Source of the DNA: a virus
Lineage: Duplodnaviria > Caudoviricetes
Reading direction: 5' to 3' (one strand)
Virus record (IMG/VR): IMGVR_UViG_3300028591_000078
Location: 1 to 64,000 of that record
Length of the DNA stretch: 64,000 bases
Shown here: piece by piece, positions 9,783 through 20,245 of the stretch
Position numbering within the stretch: the first letter of the stretch is position 1
How the letters are laid out: each line of letters starts with the position of its first letter
The notes under the pieces: generated by a model
What the model was told of the DNA's origin: nothing
The model's database searches: none
Seen by the model: the letters and a program-made list of their open reading frames with translations, nothing else
Made by a program: the position numbers and the translations under genes

Positions 9783-12464
9783 ATGAGATTAAAAATGGTC
9801 GAATTAGAGAACTATGGTGGCATTATGAATGGTATGGGATTGTCTAAAATCTCTATAGATTTCACAAAATGTAACCATAGTATGCTCGTAATCAAAGGTG
9901 ATAATGGATCAGGAAAGAGTACACTCTTCAAAGCATTAAAACCTCTTCCTGATGATAGTGATTCTTTTATACAAGGGCTCCCTGCTAAGAAGATTATATC
10001 TTATATGGGACCTATGGGTGAAATATATACACTTACTTTTATACATGATGTAAAAACTAATGGCGATAGAATGAATGCTAAAGGATATATAACTAAAGAT
10101 ATCGGAGCAGGACCTGTGGAGTTGAACCCCACAGGAAATATTACATCTTGCAAGGATATTATATATTCTGAGTTTAAGCTTGATCCTAATTTTGTAGCAT
10201 TATCTCAGTTATCTACAGATGATAGAGGTCTTGCTGATAAGAAGCCTGCAGAGAGAAAGAAGTTTGTAAACTCTATAATCTCTTCTGTAGAAGTATATAA
10301 TAATATCTATAAGACTCTTGCTAAGAGATCTTCAATCTTTAAATCTATGATAAATAGTATAGTCTCTAAGATTGATACTATTGGAGATATCAATGAGCTT
10401 AATCCTATGCTTTCCAGTATAGAAAGGACTATAGTTAACTATGAGGCTAGCAGAGATGAGTTCAATAGAACCATTGCTAAGAATGAAAGTATTATAGAAA
10501 GTCTTAATGGTCATGATAGTTTGGCTAGAAAGGTTGAATTAGAGACTAGATTAAGAGAAGTTGAATCTACTATAAGTAATCTTACAGGTCATATACATGA
10601 AGTTATACCTGCTGATACTACTCCAGAGGAACATTTGGAGTTATTAAAGCTTAAATATAGAGATATGAGACATCATAGAGAAGACTCTTGCTTCAAACTT
10701 ATGGAAATAGAGCAATCTATCAAGGATACTAATACTAAATTACAGGACAAACAAGCTAAACTTGATAGCTTTACATCTGATACCAACTATGATCAGTTAG
10801 AATCTGCTATAGAGAATGTAAAGAAAAGTATTAAAGAATGCGAAGCAGTCTTTGCTGAGATGGGTTTAGAGGGTGATGTGATACTTAGTAAAGATGAGTA
10901 TATCATAGGTATCCATACTCTTGAACAGATTAAGGAAGCTGTAGAAGCTTTCCAAGATGCTTTTACTGATGGTGTAGTAGATCTGATAGTAAAGAATATA
11001 GATTCTCCTAACCCTGACATAGAGTCTTTGAATAATTGCATAGAGCAGTCTAAGTATAAGATCAAGGCTTTAGAGGTAGAACTTACCGAGTCTATAGTTT
11101 ATGCTAAGAGAGTAGCTATATTAAACTCTAGGCCTAAAGAGTGTAAACTTGATAACTGTTTCTTTATAGCAGATGCTATTGAAGCTGAGAAGCATCTTAA
11201 AGAGAATCCTCCTGTAAAGATAGATGAAGCTATAAAGTTAGAAAAAGAAAATCTTCATGAGCTTGAGTTAGAGTTGTCTACTAAATTACAGATAATAGAT
11301 GGTAAGAATATGCTTAATAGGATATTTAGGATGATAGAGAGTGCTAGACCTATACTTGCTAAACTTCCTGTTAAAGATATCTTACTTGAGAAATCTCAGT
11401 TTGTAATAAGAATAATCTCTAGAGTTCCTCTTAAAGAGATTGATGTCTTGAAGATGTATCTTCAGAAGGCTAATGTATTTGAAGATTATGCATATGCTAA
11501 GAATATGCTTACTAGTCTTGAAGCTGAGTATAAGATATATCTGTCTAAGAAGGATATTATAGATACTCTTGTTGATGATGTAAATAAGCTTAATGGTGAT
11601 CTTAAAGGATTACTCCAAGCCCAGTTTAAAGTAAAAGATACTATACTTCATTATAATGATATGGAGCTTGATATGAGTAATGATATAAAAAATGTTGAAA
11701 ATCTTATATCTACTTGTGTAAAATCTTTGAATGAAAGTATAGCTCTTAAAGAGAAACTTACAACAGAGTATGATAATATCTCGAAGAATATGGTTGCTGT
11801 TACTAATGCAGCTAGTATGATAGAAGTAACTAGACAGAATCTTGCCAATGTTCTTACTAATCTGAATGAGAAGTATAAAGAAAGAGATACTGTAAAGCAT
11901 AAGGTAGAAATGCTTAAAGAGTATGAGAAAGAACTTGAAGACTATAAAGCATCTTATACTAAGATAGAGACTATCAAGTATTACTCGTCTCCTACTACTG
12001 GTATTCAGACAGTATTTATGGAGCTCTATATGAATAAGATCATACAGTTAGCTAATAGACTATTAGCTATGATGTTTGATGGAGTGTTCCACTTAGATCC
12101 ATTTATCATTAATGAGAATGAGTTCAGAATACCTTGCTCAGGTGGAAATCTTCCTCATGATGATATATCTAGTATGAGTAGTTCTCAGGTAGCTTGTATA
12201 TCTATGATATTAAGTTTCGCGCTCTTATTCCAATCATCTAGTAAGCTTAATATACTTAAGCTTGATGAGATAGATGGAGCTCTTGATTCTTATAATCGTA
12301 GAAACTTTATAATCATGCTTGATCAGATGCTTGAAGTATTAGACTGTCAGCAATGTATCATTATATCTCATAATGATGAGATTAACCTTGATAACTGTGA
12401 TGTTATACTGCTTAAGCATTCCAATATCGAGCCTATTGTGGGAAATATCATTTGGAAATACTGA
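9783..12464 (+). CDS. sbcC: SbcC/Rad50-like SMC-family ATPase
   Basis: Walker A GDNGSGKS, long coiled coils, central CKLDNC hook-like motif, signature MSSSQ, Walker B LKLDEIDGALD, IISH. Confidence 0.9.
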   Translation: MRLKMVELENYGGIMNGMGLSKISIDFTKCNHSMLVIKGDNGSGKSTLFKALKPLPDDSDSFIQGLPAKKIISYMGPMGEIYTLTFIHDVKTNGDRMNAKGYITKDIGAGPVELNPTGNITSCKDIIYSEFKLDPNFVALSQLSTDDRGLADKKPAERKKFVNSIISSVEVYNNIYKTLAKRSSIFKSMINSIVSKIDTIGDINELNPMLSSIERTIVNYEASRDEFNRTIAKNESIIESLNGHDSLARKVELETRLREVESTISNLTGHIHEVIPADTTPEEHLELLKLKYRDMRHHREDSCFKLMEIEQSIKDTNTKLQDKQAKLDSFTSDTNYDQLESAIENVKKSIKECEAVFAEMGLEGDVILSKDEYIIGIHTLEQIKEAVEAFQDAFTDGVVDLIVKNIDSPNPDIESLNNCIEQSKYKIKALEVELTESIVYAKRVAILNSRPKECKLDNCFFIADAIEAEKHLKENPPVKIDEAIKLEKENLHELELELSTKLQIIDGKNMLNRIFRMIESARPILAKLPVKDILLEKSQFVIRIISRVPLKEIDVLKMYLQKANVFEDYAYAKNMLTSLEAEYKIYLSKKDIIDTLVDDVNKLNGDLKGLLQAQFKVKDTILHYNDMELDMSNDIKNVENLISTCVKSLNESIALKEKLTTEYDNISKNMVAVTNAASMIEVTRQNLANVLTNLNEKYKERDTVKHKVEMLKEYEKELEDYKASYTKIETIKYYSSPTTGIQTVFMELYMNKIIQLANRLLAMMFDGVFHLDPFIINENEFRIPCSGGNLPHDDISSMSSSQVACISMILSFALLFQSSSKLNILKLDEIDGALDSYNRRNFIIMLDQMLEVLDCQQCIIISHNDEINLDNCDVILLKHSNIEPIVGNIIWKY

Positions 12465-12711
12465 TGTAACTATATAGTGACGCAAATTATGATACACATA
12501 TTTCAGTACAGTCTTTTCTTAAACGATTTTCCTGGTAAGATTACCCTCTGGATCTCCCCAGAGGGTAATCTCATGTCTTTTAACACAGATATAACATATT
12601 CATAAGACAAATGTCATGCCTTTTGATGTGAGTCGATTTTGCCATTGGGACCCACGTCCCACACCAGCGCAGGAAACTGCGCTGGCCTTTCTGTGTTTTT
12701 CTGGGTATGTC

Positions 12712-12724
12712 AACATTTTGGTAA
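12712..12724 (+). promoter_or_regulatory. Late-type promoter AACA-N6-TAA
   Basis: AACA TTTTGG TAA 30 nt upstream of ATG 12754; the same motif precedes most structural genes in the window. Confidence 0.7.
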
Positions 12725-12753
12725 TACTAACTTTCGATTGGAGGTACAAAGAT

Positions 12754-15700
12754 ATGGCTGTTACTGCTAATGATCTTAAACCTATGAGATTATATAGTTC
12801 AGGTCGAAAGGTATATTTACCTTTTAATGAAGAAGATAAGAAAAAAGGCTCTGCAATCTTTCTGATGACTCCTAGTATAGAGTCTTCTGTAAAGACTATG
12901 CAGATGCCGTATTTTATTAATAAGAGATCATACGAATCATACTATCTTGAAAGAGATTGCTCATATATAATCAATCATGAGAATCATCTTATAAGAGAAT
13001 ATAATAACGAATATATTCCTATTATGGAAGCTGTAGATGAATCTGTAAATGATTTGTCTAATGTATATTTTGGATCTACTATATTAGAACGTGTTGAAGG
13101 TGATCGTACTATAGTAGATACCAATATGCAGATGCAGTTTATAGGATTTACTAGTGAAGAAGATATAAAAGATATGGAATCTATAGAAGGTGAAAAGCTT
13201 AAGATTATTAATCTTATTGATGAGGATCATGCTTATGTAACCTCAGATCTCCATCTCTTTAAAGATTATGATCATGGTAAACAGTATGTGGATGAGTTAA
13301 TCAGAAAGATTAACTTTAAAGTTAAGCCTACAGATGTACTTATAATCTGTGGCGACCTTATGGATACTGGCTCTAGGGAAGAGGACAAGAAAAAGCTTAA
13401 ATACTTTACATCTTCTCTTAAGTGCAAGAATATAGTACTCATACTGGGTAATAATGATATACTTAAGCTTACTGATTATATAGATTGTGGTATTACCTAT
13501 GTAAATAGTAGACTTACAGTTACAAATGCTGACGGAAGAAAGTGGAAGTTCTCTCATTATCCTTGCGATGTAGATGAGAATATGTTAAACTTCTGCGGGC
13601 ATCTTCATTCTAGTACAGTATACTGGAATATAACTGATCCTAGTAAGTGTATTAATGTAGGATATCCTAATGTAAAGAATAACAGATGTATATATAATAT
13701 CCGAGACTTTCTTATGAAGAGAGCTGAAGGAGATTATAAAGATAATGTATCTGTAAATAAAGATCTTAAAGAGATTCAGGAATCTATTCATGAGAATATG
13801 ATATTCTCTAAGGAGGATATAGAACTTAATCTCGATAAGTGGGGATCTGATAAGTATAATAATATACTTTATATCACAGGATTCTCTGGCTCTGGAAAGT
13901 CTACACTTTCTAGAAAGTATAATAATGTAGAGGTTATATCTCTCGATCAGTTATATCAGGGTGTAATTCACACTTATACTCAGTTTGGCAAGACTCTATA
14001 TGATGAATGTGAAGCATATAGAGAATATGTAGATATAAAGAAGTCTGGATCCAAAGATCCTACAGCTCAGCTTACACTCCAATGCTTACTTTATATACTT
14101 AAGAAAGCTGAAAAGTCTTATCCTGAAAAACGTTTCGTTATGGAAGGTATTCAGATATATAGAGATGTACCTAGAGAGTTAATCTATGGTAGGCCTCTTA
14201 TAATAAAAGGAACTTCTGCTCTCACATCTGCTATCAATAGACTCAGAAGAGAAGATGGCTTCACTACTCATACTCTCTATAAGGGTGTATTCAGCTACTT
14301 TAAGTGGTACTCTATAGATAATAAGCTTATCAAGGGTCTTGAGAAAGATTATAAGTCTCATATAGATACTACTTATTATATAGGAAGCTCTGAAACTTTA
14401 AAAGAAGATACTCAGTATAATCCTGGATATCTTCTTGGTGAAGATGCTAAGATCACTACACTTGGACTTCAGTCTCATGACAGAATGATTATCTTCAATG
14501 AGATGCTTGATGAAGAGGTATTCTATGAGGCTACTAAGTCTAACAATGGAGTTCTGAAGAGACTCTTATATCAGGATAGACTTAAGTCTGTCAAGGATAT
14601 AAATGATATCTACAAAGATATCAAAGAAAGATGTCCTTGGATAAGATATACAAGATATCAGTATAAGCTTTATGCTAAGAAGAATCTGTTTATAGATACT
14701 TACTACTATACAGATGCATTCTTCAGAAACAACTTCTATAAACTTGATAAAGCTGCTAAGCTTTACTTTGACTATATGGATAGATATATAGATGATAAAC
14801 GCTTAGCGGAGTGTGGATATACTAATAAATCTATCTTTATTCCTATATCTGCATGGAAACCTTCTGGTGGACATATATGGAACTATAAAGAATCTATAAA
14901 TCCTATATCTGTACTCTATTATATGATGAAGAATAAGAAGCTTAATATGCTTAAATCTTCATGGGGTAAGTGTAAGATATTCTTCTTAGGAGATATGGGT
15001 TACTTTGTACTTGATCTTCAGGAGTTCAATGAGAAGCAGATTATGAAGTTTAAGATGTTTACTGATAGTCTTGCTGCTAGACAGACTATAACTGAAGATC
15101 CTGAAGAAGATGATCCTATGGTAGACTCTACAAAGGCTATCACTACAGATATAATCAATCGTATTGAGAAGACTCAGCATATAAAGATTGATTATATTAC
15201 TGGTAAGAAGGGTCAAGCTGAAGATACTACTAAAACTCAACTTGCTTCTAAAGCAGAGAAGAATAAAGAAGAGTTTAAAGAGACTGGTTCTCCTAAGACT
15301 AAGCTTGAAATAGAGCGCGATGAAAAGAAGAAACAATTGGTAGAAAGAATAGAAACTGTAGCTGCTAGATCTAATAATGCTGAAGAAGCTATAGAAGATC
15401 TTGATAATGATGAATTCGTTAAGCAGCTTCTTATAGATCTTGCTGCAGAAGAAGATAATGCAGTTAAAGTATCTGCTGCTAGAGCTTCTAGAATGATTGA
15501 ACTGAATGATAAGTTCCATCAGAAGAAGATTGATGGCATATCTGTAAAACAGATGCTTGATGAATATCAGACTTCTGGTTCTGAAGAACTTACTGAAACA
15601 GCTCTGCCTATACATTCTGTAAATGAAGAATGGCAGCATATGAAGTTTATGAACTTCAATAAAGATTATAATATGAATGAAGATATTGTAGCTATTCTTG

Positions 15701-18570
15701 ATTCTCTTGCTACTAAGACAATACCTGTATCTGTAAGAGATATCAATATAGAGAATACTACAACCTCTGAAGATCTTATAGAGACTTGGACTGTAGCATT
15801 GGAAGATGTAGATGGTTCAAGATTTACTCTTAAATTTGATCTTCCTAAGTTTAAGAATGGTAATCTGTTAAGACTTAGAGGTAATGATAAGGCTCTTGGT
15901 GGTCAGCTTATGAATCTTCCTATCATTAAGACTGATCCTGATACTTGTCAGATTACTTCTAACTACAATAAGATCTTTATAAGAACTTATGGCACATCTG
16001 CTGGTAAATCTTTTGAAACTGCAGATAGAATATTCAAGGCTCTTAAGAAGATTGAAGGTAAAACTAAGATCAAATGGTCTACTGGAGATAATTCTAAGAT
16101 CTGTGCTAAGTATGAATTACCTATAGATTATATAGATTTTGCTACTCAGTTTAACTATATAACTATCGGTGCACTGAAATTCTACTTTAACCAGGATGAA
16201 CTTAGAGAGAAATATAAAATAGATCCTAATAAAGGCCTTCCTATAGGATATGATGAGTCTAAGAAGGAAGTTATTTACTGGGATGAAGGTTATTGGACAT
16301 TCTCTAATAAGCTTCTTATTTATTTGAATAATGATAGTCAGTTCGAGGAAGCTTATAGCCAGACTAAAGCTGGCGTAAAGTATACTTATTCTAAGGCTAG
16401 TATCCTTAATACAGAGATTCCTGTAATAGTAATTATGGGATATAATGAAGGACTTACTACAGCTCTTAAGAAGGCTAATATAAAGTATGCTCTTACTGAT
16501 AAGAATCCTTCTACTTTAATTAAAAATCCTGATACTTGTCCTAAAGAAGTATATGATGTAATGACTTTCGGACATGATATAATCAAGTTTCAGGATGGAT
16601 ATCTTATATATCAGCTCAACTATTCATCTTCATTACTTATGAATGGTCTTAAAGAATGTGATACTCAGTCATATTCTATAAAAGAGATCAATACTAAAGC
16701 AATGTGGGTTAACTTCTTAGATGAGTTTGGTGGTAGAATCAGAGCAGATGGTCTTGATAACTTCTATGATCTTATGGTTGATCCTATCACTAAGAGAGTA
16801 TGTGCTGAATATGGTTTACCTGATGACTATTGCACAATGCTTGCATATGCTAATATGCTCTTAGCAGATAATAAGTATAATAGACATACAGATCTTTCTG
16901 GTAATAGATATAGATATGCTGAGATAATTGCTGCACATGCTTATAAATGTATAGCAAAAGCTTATGCAGATTATCGTACTATGAAGAAGAGATCTGCTAG
17001 AGCTACAATGTCTATGAAGCAGTCTGCTATTATAGATTCTGTACTCTTAGAGAATACTCTTACTGATAGCTCTACTATCTCTGAGATTAACTATGTAGAA
17101 ACTTCCCATAATGTATCTTTTAAGGGATTATCTGGTATGAACTCTGATAGATCTTATGGTCTTGACAAGAGAACTTATGATGATTCTATGACTAATCTCT
17201 TAGCAATGTCTACAGGATTTGCATCTACTGTTGGTGTAAATAGACAGACTACTATAGATATGAATATAAAGGGTACTAGAGGATTTATTAAACAGACTAC
17301 AAATAAGGAAGATATGAATGATGTAAACAGCTTAAGTATTACAGAAGCATTGACTCCTTTTGGAACTGTATCTGATGATCCGTTCCGTACTGCAATGACT
17401 CTTGTACAGACATCTAAACACTCTATGAGAGTTGCACATGGATCTCCTAACCTTGTAACTAATGGTGCTGATGATGCTATAGGATATATGTCTCCTGATG
17501 TATTCTCCTATAAGTCTAAAGGTAATGGTAAAGTACTTATAAAAGAAGATGATTATATGGTACTTGAATATACCGACGGTACACATGAGTTTGTAGATCT
17601 TAGAGAGAAGGTATATAAGAACTCTGATGGTGGATTCTTTGTTACTGTAAAACTTGATACAGATCTCAAAGCAGGAAACAGAATAAAGAATAATCAGATA
17701 GTAGCATTCGATAAGTTATCATATACTTCTAAGATTGGATATGATGATAATCCTACTCTTAATAATGGTATGCTTACTAAGGTTGCTATATGTACAACTC
17801 AGGAAGGCTATGAAGACTCTGGTATTATGTCTACATGGTTTGCTAAAGCTATGTCTTCAGATGTAGTGGTAGAGAAAGAAGTAGTACTTCCTAAGAATAC
17901 TAATGTATATAATATAGTAAAGAAAGGTCAACCTATTCAGGAAGGTGATCCATTAATCATCTTCCAGCATGCATTTGACGATGCTGATGTAAACGCTCTT
18001 CTGAAGAATCTTACAGATGATGAAGATGTAATTACAGATATCGGTAGAATACCTGTAAGATCTAAGATCACTGGTATTGTACAAGATATTATTATATATC
18101 GTACAGTAGAGAAAGAAGAACTCTCTGACTCTTTAAGAAAGATAGTAGATTCTTATGAGTCTAATATCAATAAAACCAGAAAGGTTATAGAGAAGTATGA
18201 TCCTGAAAAGGCTAAAGAATATGACTCTAACTATAAGCTTGAAGCTACTGGTAAACTTAAAGATGCAGCTGACTCTGTAAAGATAATATTCTATCTTAAA
18301 TATGTGGATGATATGTCTATAGGAGATAAGACTGTAATGAACTCAGCTCTTAAATCTGTAATTCAGGATATATTCCCTGAAGGACAAGAACCTACATCAG
18401 AGTTTAGACCTGATGAACCTATAGAATCATTCCTTGCAATGAGTTCTGTAAATGCTCGAATGGTTACATCTGTATTCAGAAATGGTCTTATAAATAAGAT
18501 TATGATTGAACTTGACCGTAAGGTTAAAGAGATGAATGGTCTTAAATGGAAGAACCTAAGAGAAATGTAA
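12754..18570 (+). CDS. rpoB: Probable virion RNA polymerase beta subunit with N-terminal metallophosphoesterase and P-loop kinase domains
   Basis: Start at ATG 12754 after RBS ggaggt. Beta motifs FDLPKF..LRGNDK..GQL, DDPFRTAM, GYEDSGIMS, SIGDK, SVNARM. DLH/GDL/GNND/SHYP/GHLH phosphoesterase motifs; GFSGSGKST P-loop. Confidence 0.85.
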   Translation: MAVTANDLKPMRLYSSGRKVYLPFNEEDKKKGSAIFLMTPSIESSVKTMQMPYFINKRSYESYYLERDCSYIINHENHLIREYNNEYIPIMEAVDESVNDLSNVYFGSTILERVEGDRTIVDTNMQMQFIGFTSEEDIKDMESIEGEKLKIINLIDEDHAYVTSDLHLFKDYDHGKQYVDELIRKINFKVKPTDVLIICGDLMDTGSREEDKKKLKYFTSSLKCKNIVLILGNNDILKLTDYIDCGITYVNSRLTVTNADGRKWKFSHYPCDVDENMLNFCGHLHSSTVYWNITDPSKCINVGYPNVKNNRCIYNIRDFLMKRAEGDYKDNVSVNKDLKEIQESIHENMIFSKEDIELNLDKWGSDKYNNILYITGFSGSGKSTLSRKYNNVEVISLDQLYQGVIHTYTQFGKTLYDECEAYREYVDIKKSGSKDPTAQLTLQCLLYILKKAEKSYPEKRFVMEGIQIYRDVPRELIYGRPLIIKGTSALTSAINRLRREDGFTTHTLYKGVFSYFKWYSIDNKLIKGLEKDYKSHIDTTYYIGSSETLKEDTQYNPGYLLGEDAKITTLGLQSHDRMIIFNEMLDEEVFYEATKSNNGVLKRLLYQDRLKSVKDINDIYKDIKERCPWIRYTRYQYKLYAKKNLFIDTYYYTDAFFRNNFYKLDKAAKLYFDYMDRYIDDKRLAECGYTNKSIFIPISAWKPSGGHIWNYKESINPISVLYYMMKNKKLNMLKSSWGKCKIFFLGDMGYFVLDLQEFNEKQIMKFKMFTDSLAARQTITEDPEEDDPMVDSTKAITTDIINRIEKTQHIKIDYITGKKGQAEDTTKTQLASKAEKNKEEFKETGSPKTKLEIERDEKKKQLVERIETVAARSNNAEEAIEDLDNDEFVKQLLIDLAAEEDNAVKVSAARASRMIELNDKFHQKKIDGISVKQMLDEYQTSGSEELTETALPIHSVNEEWQHMKFMNFNKDYNMNEDIVAILDSLATKTIPVSVRDINIENTTTSEDLIETWTVALEDVDGSRFTLKFDLPKFKNGNLLRLRGNDKALGGQLMNLPIIKTDPDTCQITSNYNKIFIRTYGTSAGKSFETADRIFKALKKIEGKTKIKWSTGDNSKICAKYELPIDYIDFATQFNYITIGALKFYFNQDELREKYKIDPNKGLPIGYDESKKEVIYWDEGYWTFSNKLLIYLNNDSQFEEAYSQTKAGVKYTYSKASILNTEIPVIVIMGYNEGLTTALKKANIKYALTDKNPSTLIKNPDTCPKEVYDVMTFGHDIIKFQDGYLIYQLNYSSSLLMNGLKECDTQSYSIKEINTKAMWVNFLDEFGGRIRADGLDNFYDLMVDPITKRVCAEYGLPDDYCTMLAYANMLLADNKYNRHTDLSGNRYRYAEIIAAHAYKCIAKAYADYRTMKKRSARATMSMKQSAIIDSVLLENTLTDSSTISEINYVETSHNVSFKGLSGMNSDRSYGLDKRTYDDSMTNLLAMSTGFASTVGVNRQTTIDMNIKGTRGFIKQTTNKEDMNDVNSLSITEALTPFGTVSDDPFRTAMTLVQTSKHSMRVAHGSPNLVTNGADDAIGYMSPDVFSYKSKGNGKVLIKEDDYMVLEYTDGTHEFVDLREKVYKNSDGGFFVTVKLDTDLKAGNRIKNNQIVAFDKLSYTSKIGYDDNPTLNNGMLTKVAICTTQEGYEDSGIMSTWFAKAMSSDVVVEKEVVLPKNTNVYNIVKKGQPIQEGDPLIIFQHAFDDADVNALLKNLTDDEDVITDIGRIPVRSKITGIVQDIIIYRTVEKEELSDSLRKIVDSYESNINKTRKVIEKYDPEKAKEYDSNYKLEATGKLKDAADSVKIIFYLKYVDDMSIGDKTVMNSALKSVIQDIFPEGQEPTSEFRPDEPIESFLAMSSVNARMVTSVFRNGLINKIMIELDRKVKEMNGLKWKNLREM

Positions 18571-18594
18571 TCTATAACTACCTATACAACTAAA

Positions 18595-18625
18595 AAATAA
18601 AGGGCGAGGATAACCCCGCCCTTTC
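18595..18625 (-). terminator. Intrinsic terminator (probably bidirectional)
   Basis: agggcgagg-ataa-ccccgccct flanked by A and T tracts. Confidence 0.7.
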
Positions 18626-18631
18626 TGGTGA

Positions 18632-18709
18632 TTAACATCCATTGTTCTGCAGTTTAGGGTCTGCATAAACAGCTGGACCTGTATAGTCCGGAGATGTGAC
18701 ATAAAACAT
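18632..18709 (-). CDS. Putative 25-aa peptide MFYVTSPDYTGPAVYADPKLQNNGC
   Basis: SD GAAAGGTAGGTGA before the ATG; lies between an early-type promoter and a terminator. Not in the ORF track. Confidence 0.4.
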   Translation of the reverse strand: MFYVTSPDYTGPAVYADPKLQNNGC

Positions 18710-18853
18710 TGTTAGTCACCTACCTTTCATTTAAATGGCCCAGGAGTGTATGTGTCACTCCTGGGTTGTTTTATCTTCCAATTCATCTTATATAGGAAAG
18801 GCTACTAATATAAGACTACTAAGATATCACCTCCAATCTTATTGTTATCCTAC

Positions 18854-18872
18854 TCACTATTATAATATATAA
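18854..18872 (-). promoter_or_regulatory. Early-type phage promoter (copy 2)
   Basis: Identical 19-mer TCACTATTATAATATATAA on the plus strand. Confidence 0.75.
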
Positions 18873-19233
18873 GTGAGATTTTTAAATTTTGCTTATTTCC
18901 AAAAAATTACTTTTTACAGAAGACAAAACATCCAAGAAAACTAAAATCTAATAGATATATAAAAATCATCTACAAATCGAAATGAGCTACTTAACTTACT
19001 GTACTTACTTGAACAGTGATTAAATTCTGAAAGAATTTAATCACTGCAATAAAAACAAAGATTAAGCATATGAAAATCGACAAGACAAAGGGGTTATAAA
19101 GACCATTATCATTTCCAAGTAGAGATGAATTCTCTGGCTAATTGCCAGAGATCTTTTATTTTTTGAATTCTAATTATAAAACTATATATTCTAGAACTTT
19201 AAGTTAATCAATATTCCTATAATATAGAAAGGA

Positions 19234-19863
19234 ATGAAATATCCTATGGAGAAAAAACTAGTAGTAGTTATAAATGGAGCTCCTGGAATAGGAAAAGATA
19301 CATTTATAGAAAAATGCAAAGATTATATTTCTGATCACTACTATTCAATTAAAATATATAATTTCTCTAGTATTCAGCCAGCAGTAAATCTTGCTAGGGA
19401 ATATCACTGGAATACTAGAAAAGATCCTACTAGTAGAAATATGCTAGCAGAAATCAAACAATATTTGGATAAATGGTTTGATGCTTCTTTTAAGTATATT
19501 ACACAAAAAATACATAATACTAATGACTATATCTTATCTATAATCTTTGTACATATAAGAGAACCTGAGAATATAGATAGGTTAAAGGAATACTATAAAG
19601 ATAGTGAAACAATAAAACTTATTACTCTCTATATAGAGAATAATGATTATAAGATCCAAGAAGGTATAACTAATTCATCAGATTTAAATACTGGAAACTA
19701 TGATTATGATACTCGTCTAGAAGTTCCTAGAGTAGAAAATAAGGAAGATATAGATGCGGTTGTAAAACAATTAGCTTCAAAATATATGGAGAATACAGTA
19801 ATACCTACTCTAATACCTACTTCTTCTAAGGAGAAATCAGATGAAGAAAAAGAAACAGATTGA
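19234..19863 (+). CDS. P-loop nucleotide kinase (dNMP-kinase-like)
   Basis: VVVINGAPGIGKDTF Walker A, FVHIREPENI; adjacent to thyX. Confidence 0.65.
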   Translation: MKYPMEKKLVVVINGAPGIGKDTFIEKCKDYISDHYYSIKIYNFSSIQPAVNLAREYHWNTRKDPTSRNMLAEIKQYLDKWFDASFKYITQKIHNTNDYILSIIFVHIREPENIDRLKEYYKDSETIKLITLYIENNDYKIQEGITNSSDLNTGNYDYDTRLEVPRVENKEDIDAVVKQLASKYMENTVIPTLIPTSSKEKSDEEKETD

Positions 19864-20245
19864 TGAAAATCTTAGATCTGAATTAATAACTGCTATAGAA
19901 GGTTTTAAAGCTGAGATTCTTATTGAAGGAAAACCTACTAATATATACTGCTATCTTTCTGGTAAAGATGCTGATGCTCTTAGGAAAGATATAACTTGGA
20001 CAGAAAAATCTCCTAGCAATAAATATAAGATAGGAACTCTTGGAAAATATAATGTAAAAGGAGCATTAAGATTCATAGTAATGATAGCTCCTGAATTACA
20101 AGAGTCTAAGTTCTGTGCATATGATGCAAATGAACAGATATCTGATCCTAGAAAGAATGTAATGGATAGAATTAGAGAACAGCTAGCAGCAGAAGCTAGC
20201 AATGTAATTAATTATAATAAGGAGAACGATGATGGGGCTTCTTGA
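19841..20245 (+). CDS. Hypothetical protein
   Basis: RBS aaggag; overlaps its neighbours in an operon. Confidence 0.7.
   Translation: MKKKKQIDENLRSELITAIEGFKAEILIEGKPTNIYCYLSGKDADALRKDITWTEKSPSNKYKIGTLGKYNVKGALRFIVMIAPELQESKFCAYDANEQISDPRKNVMDRIREQLAAEASNVINYNKENDDGAS

Noticed and set aside
12616-12753. ORF-track N-terminal extension of the 1984-aa protein
   Set aside because: No RBS at 12616, and the stretch contains a terminator-like hairpin and a promoter motif; ATG 12754 has a good RBS.
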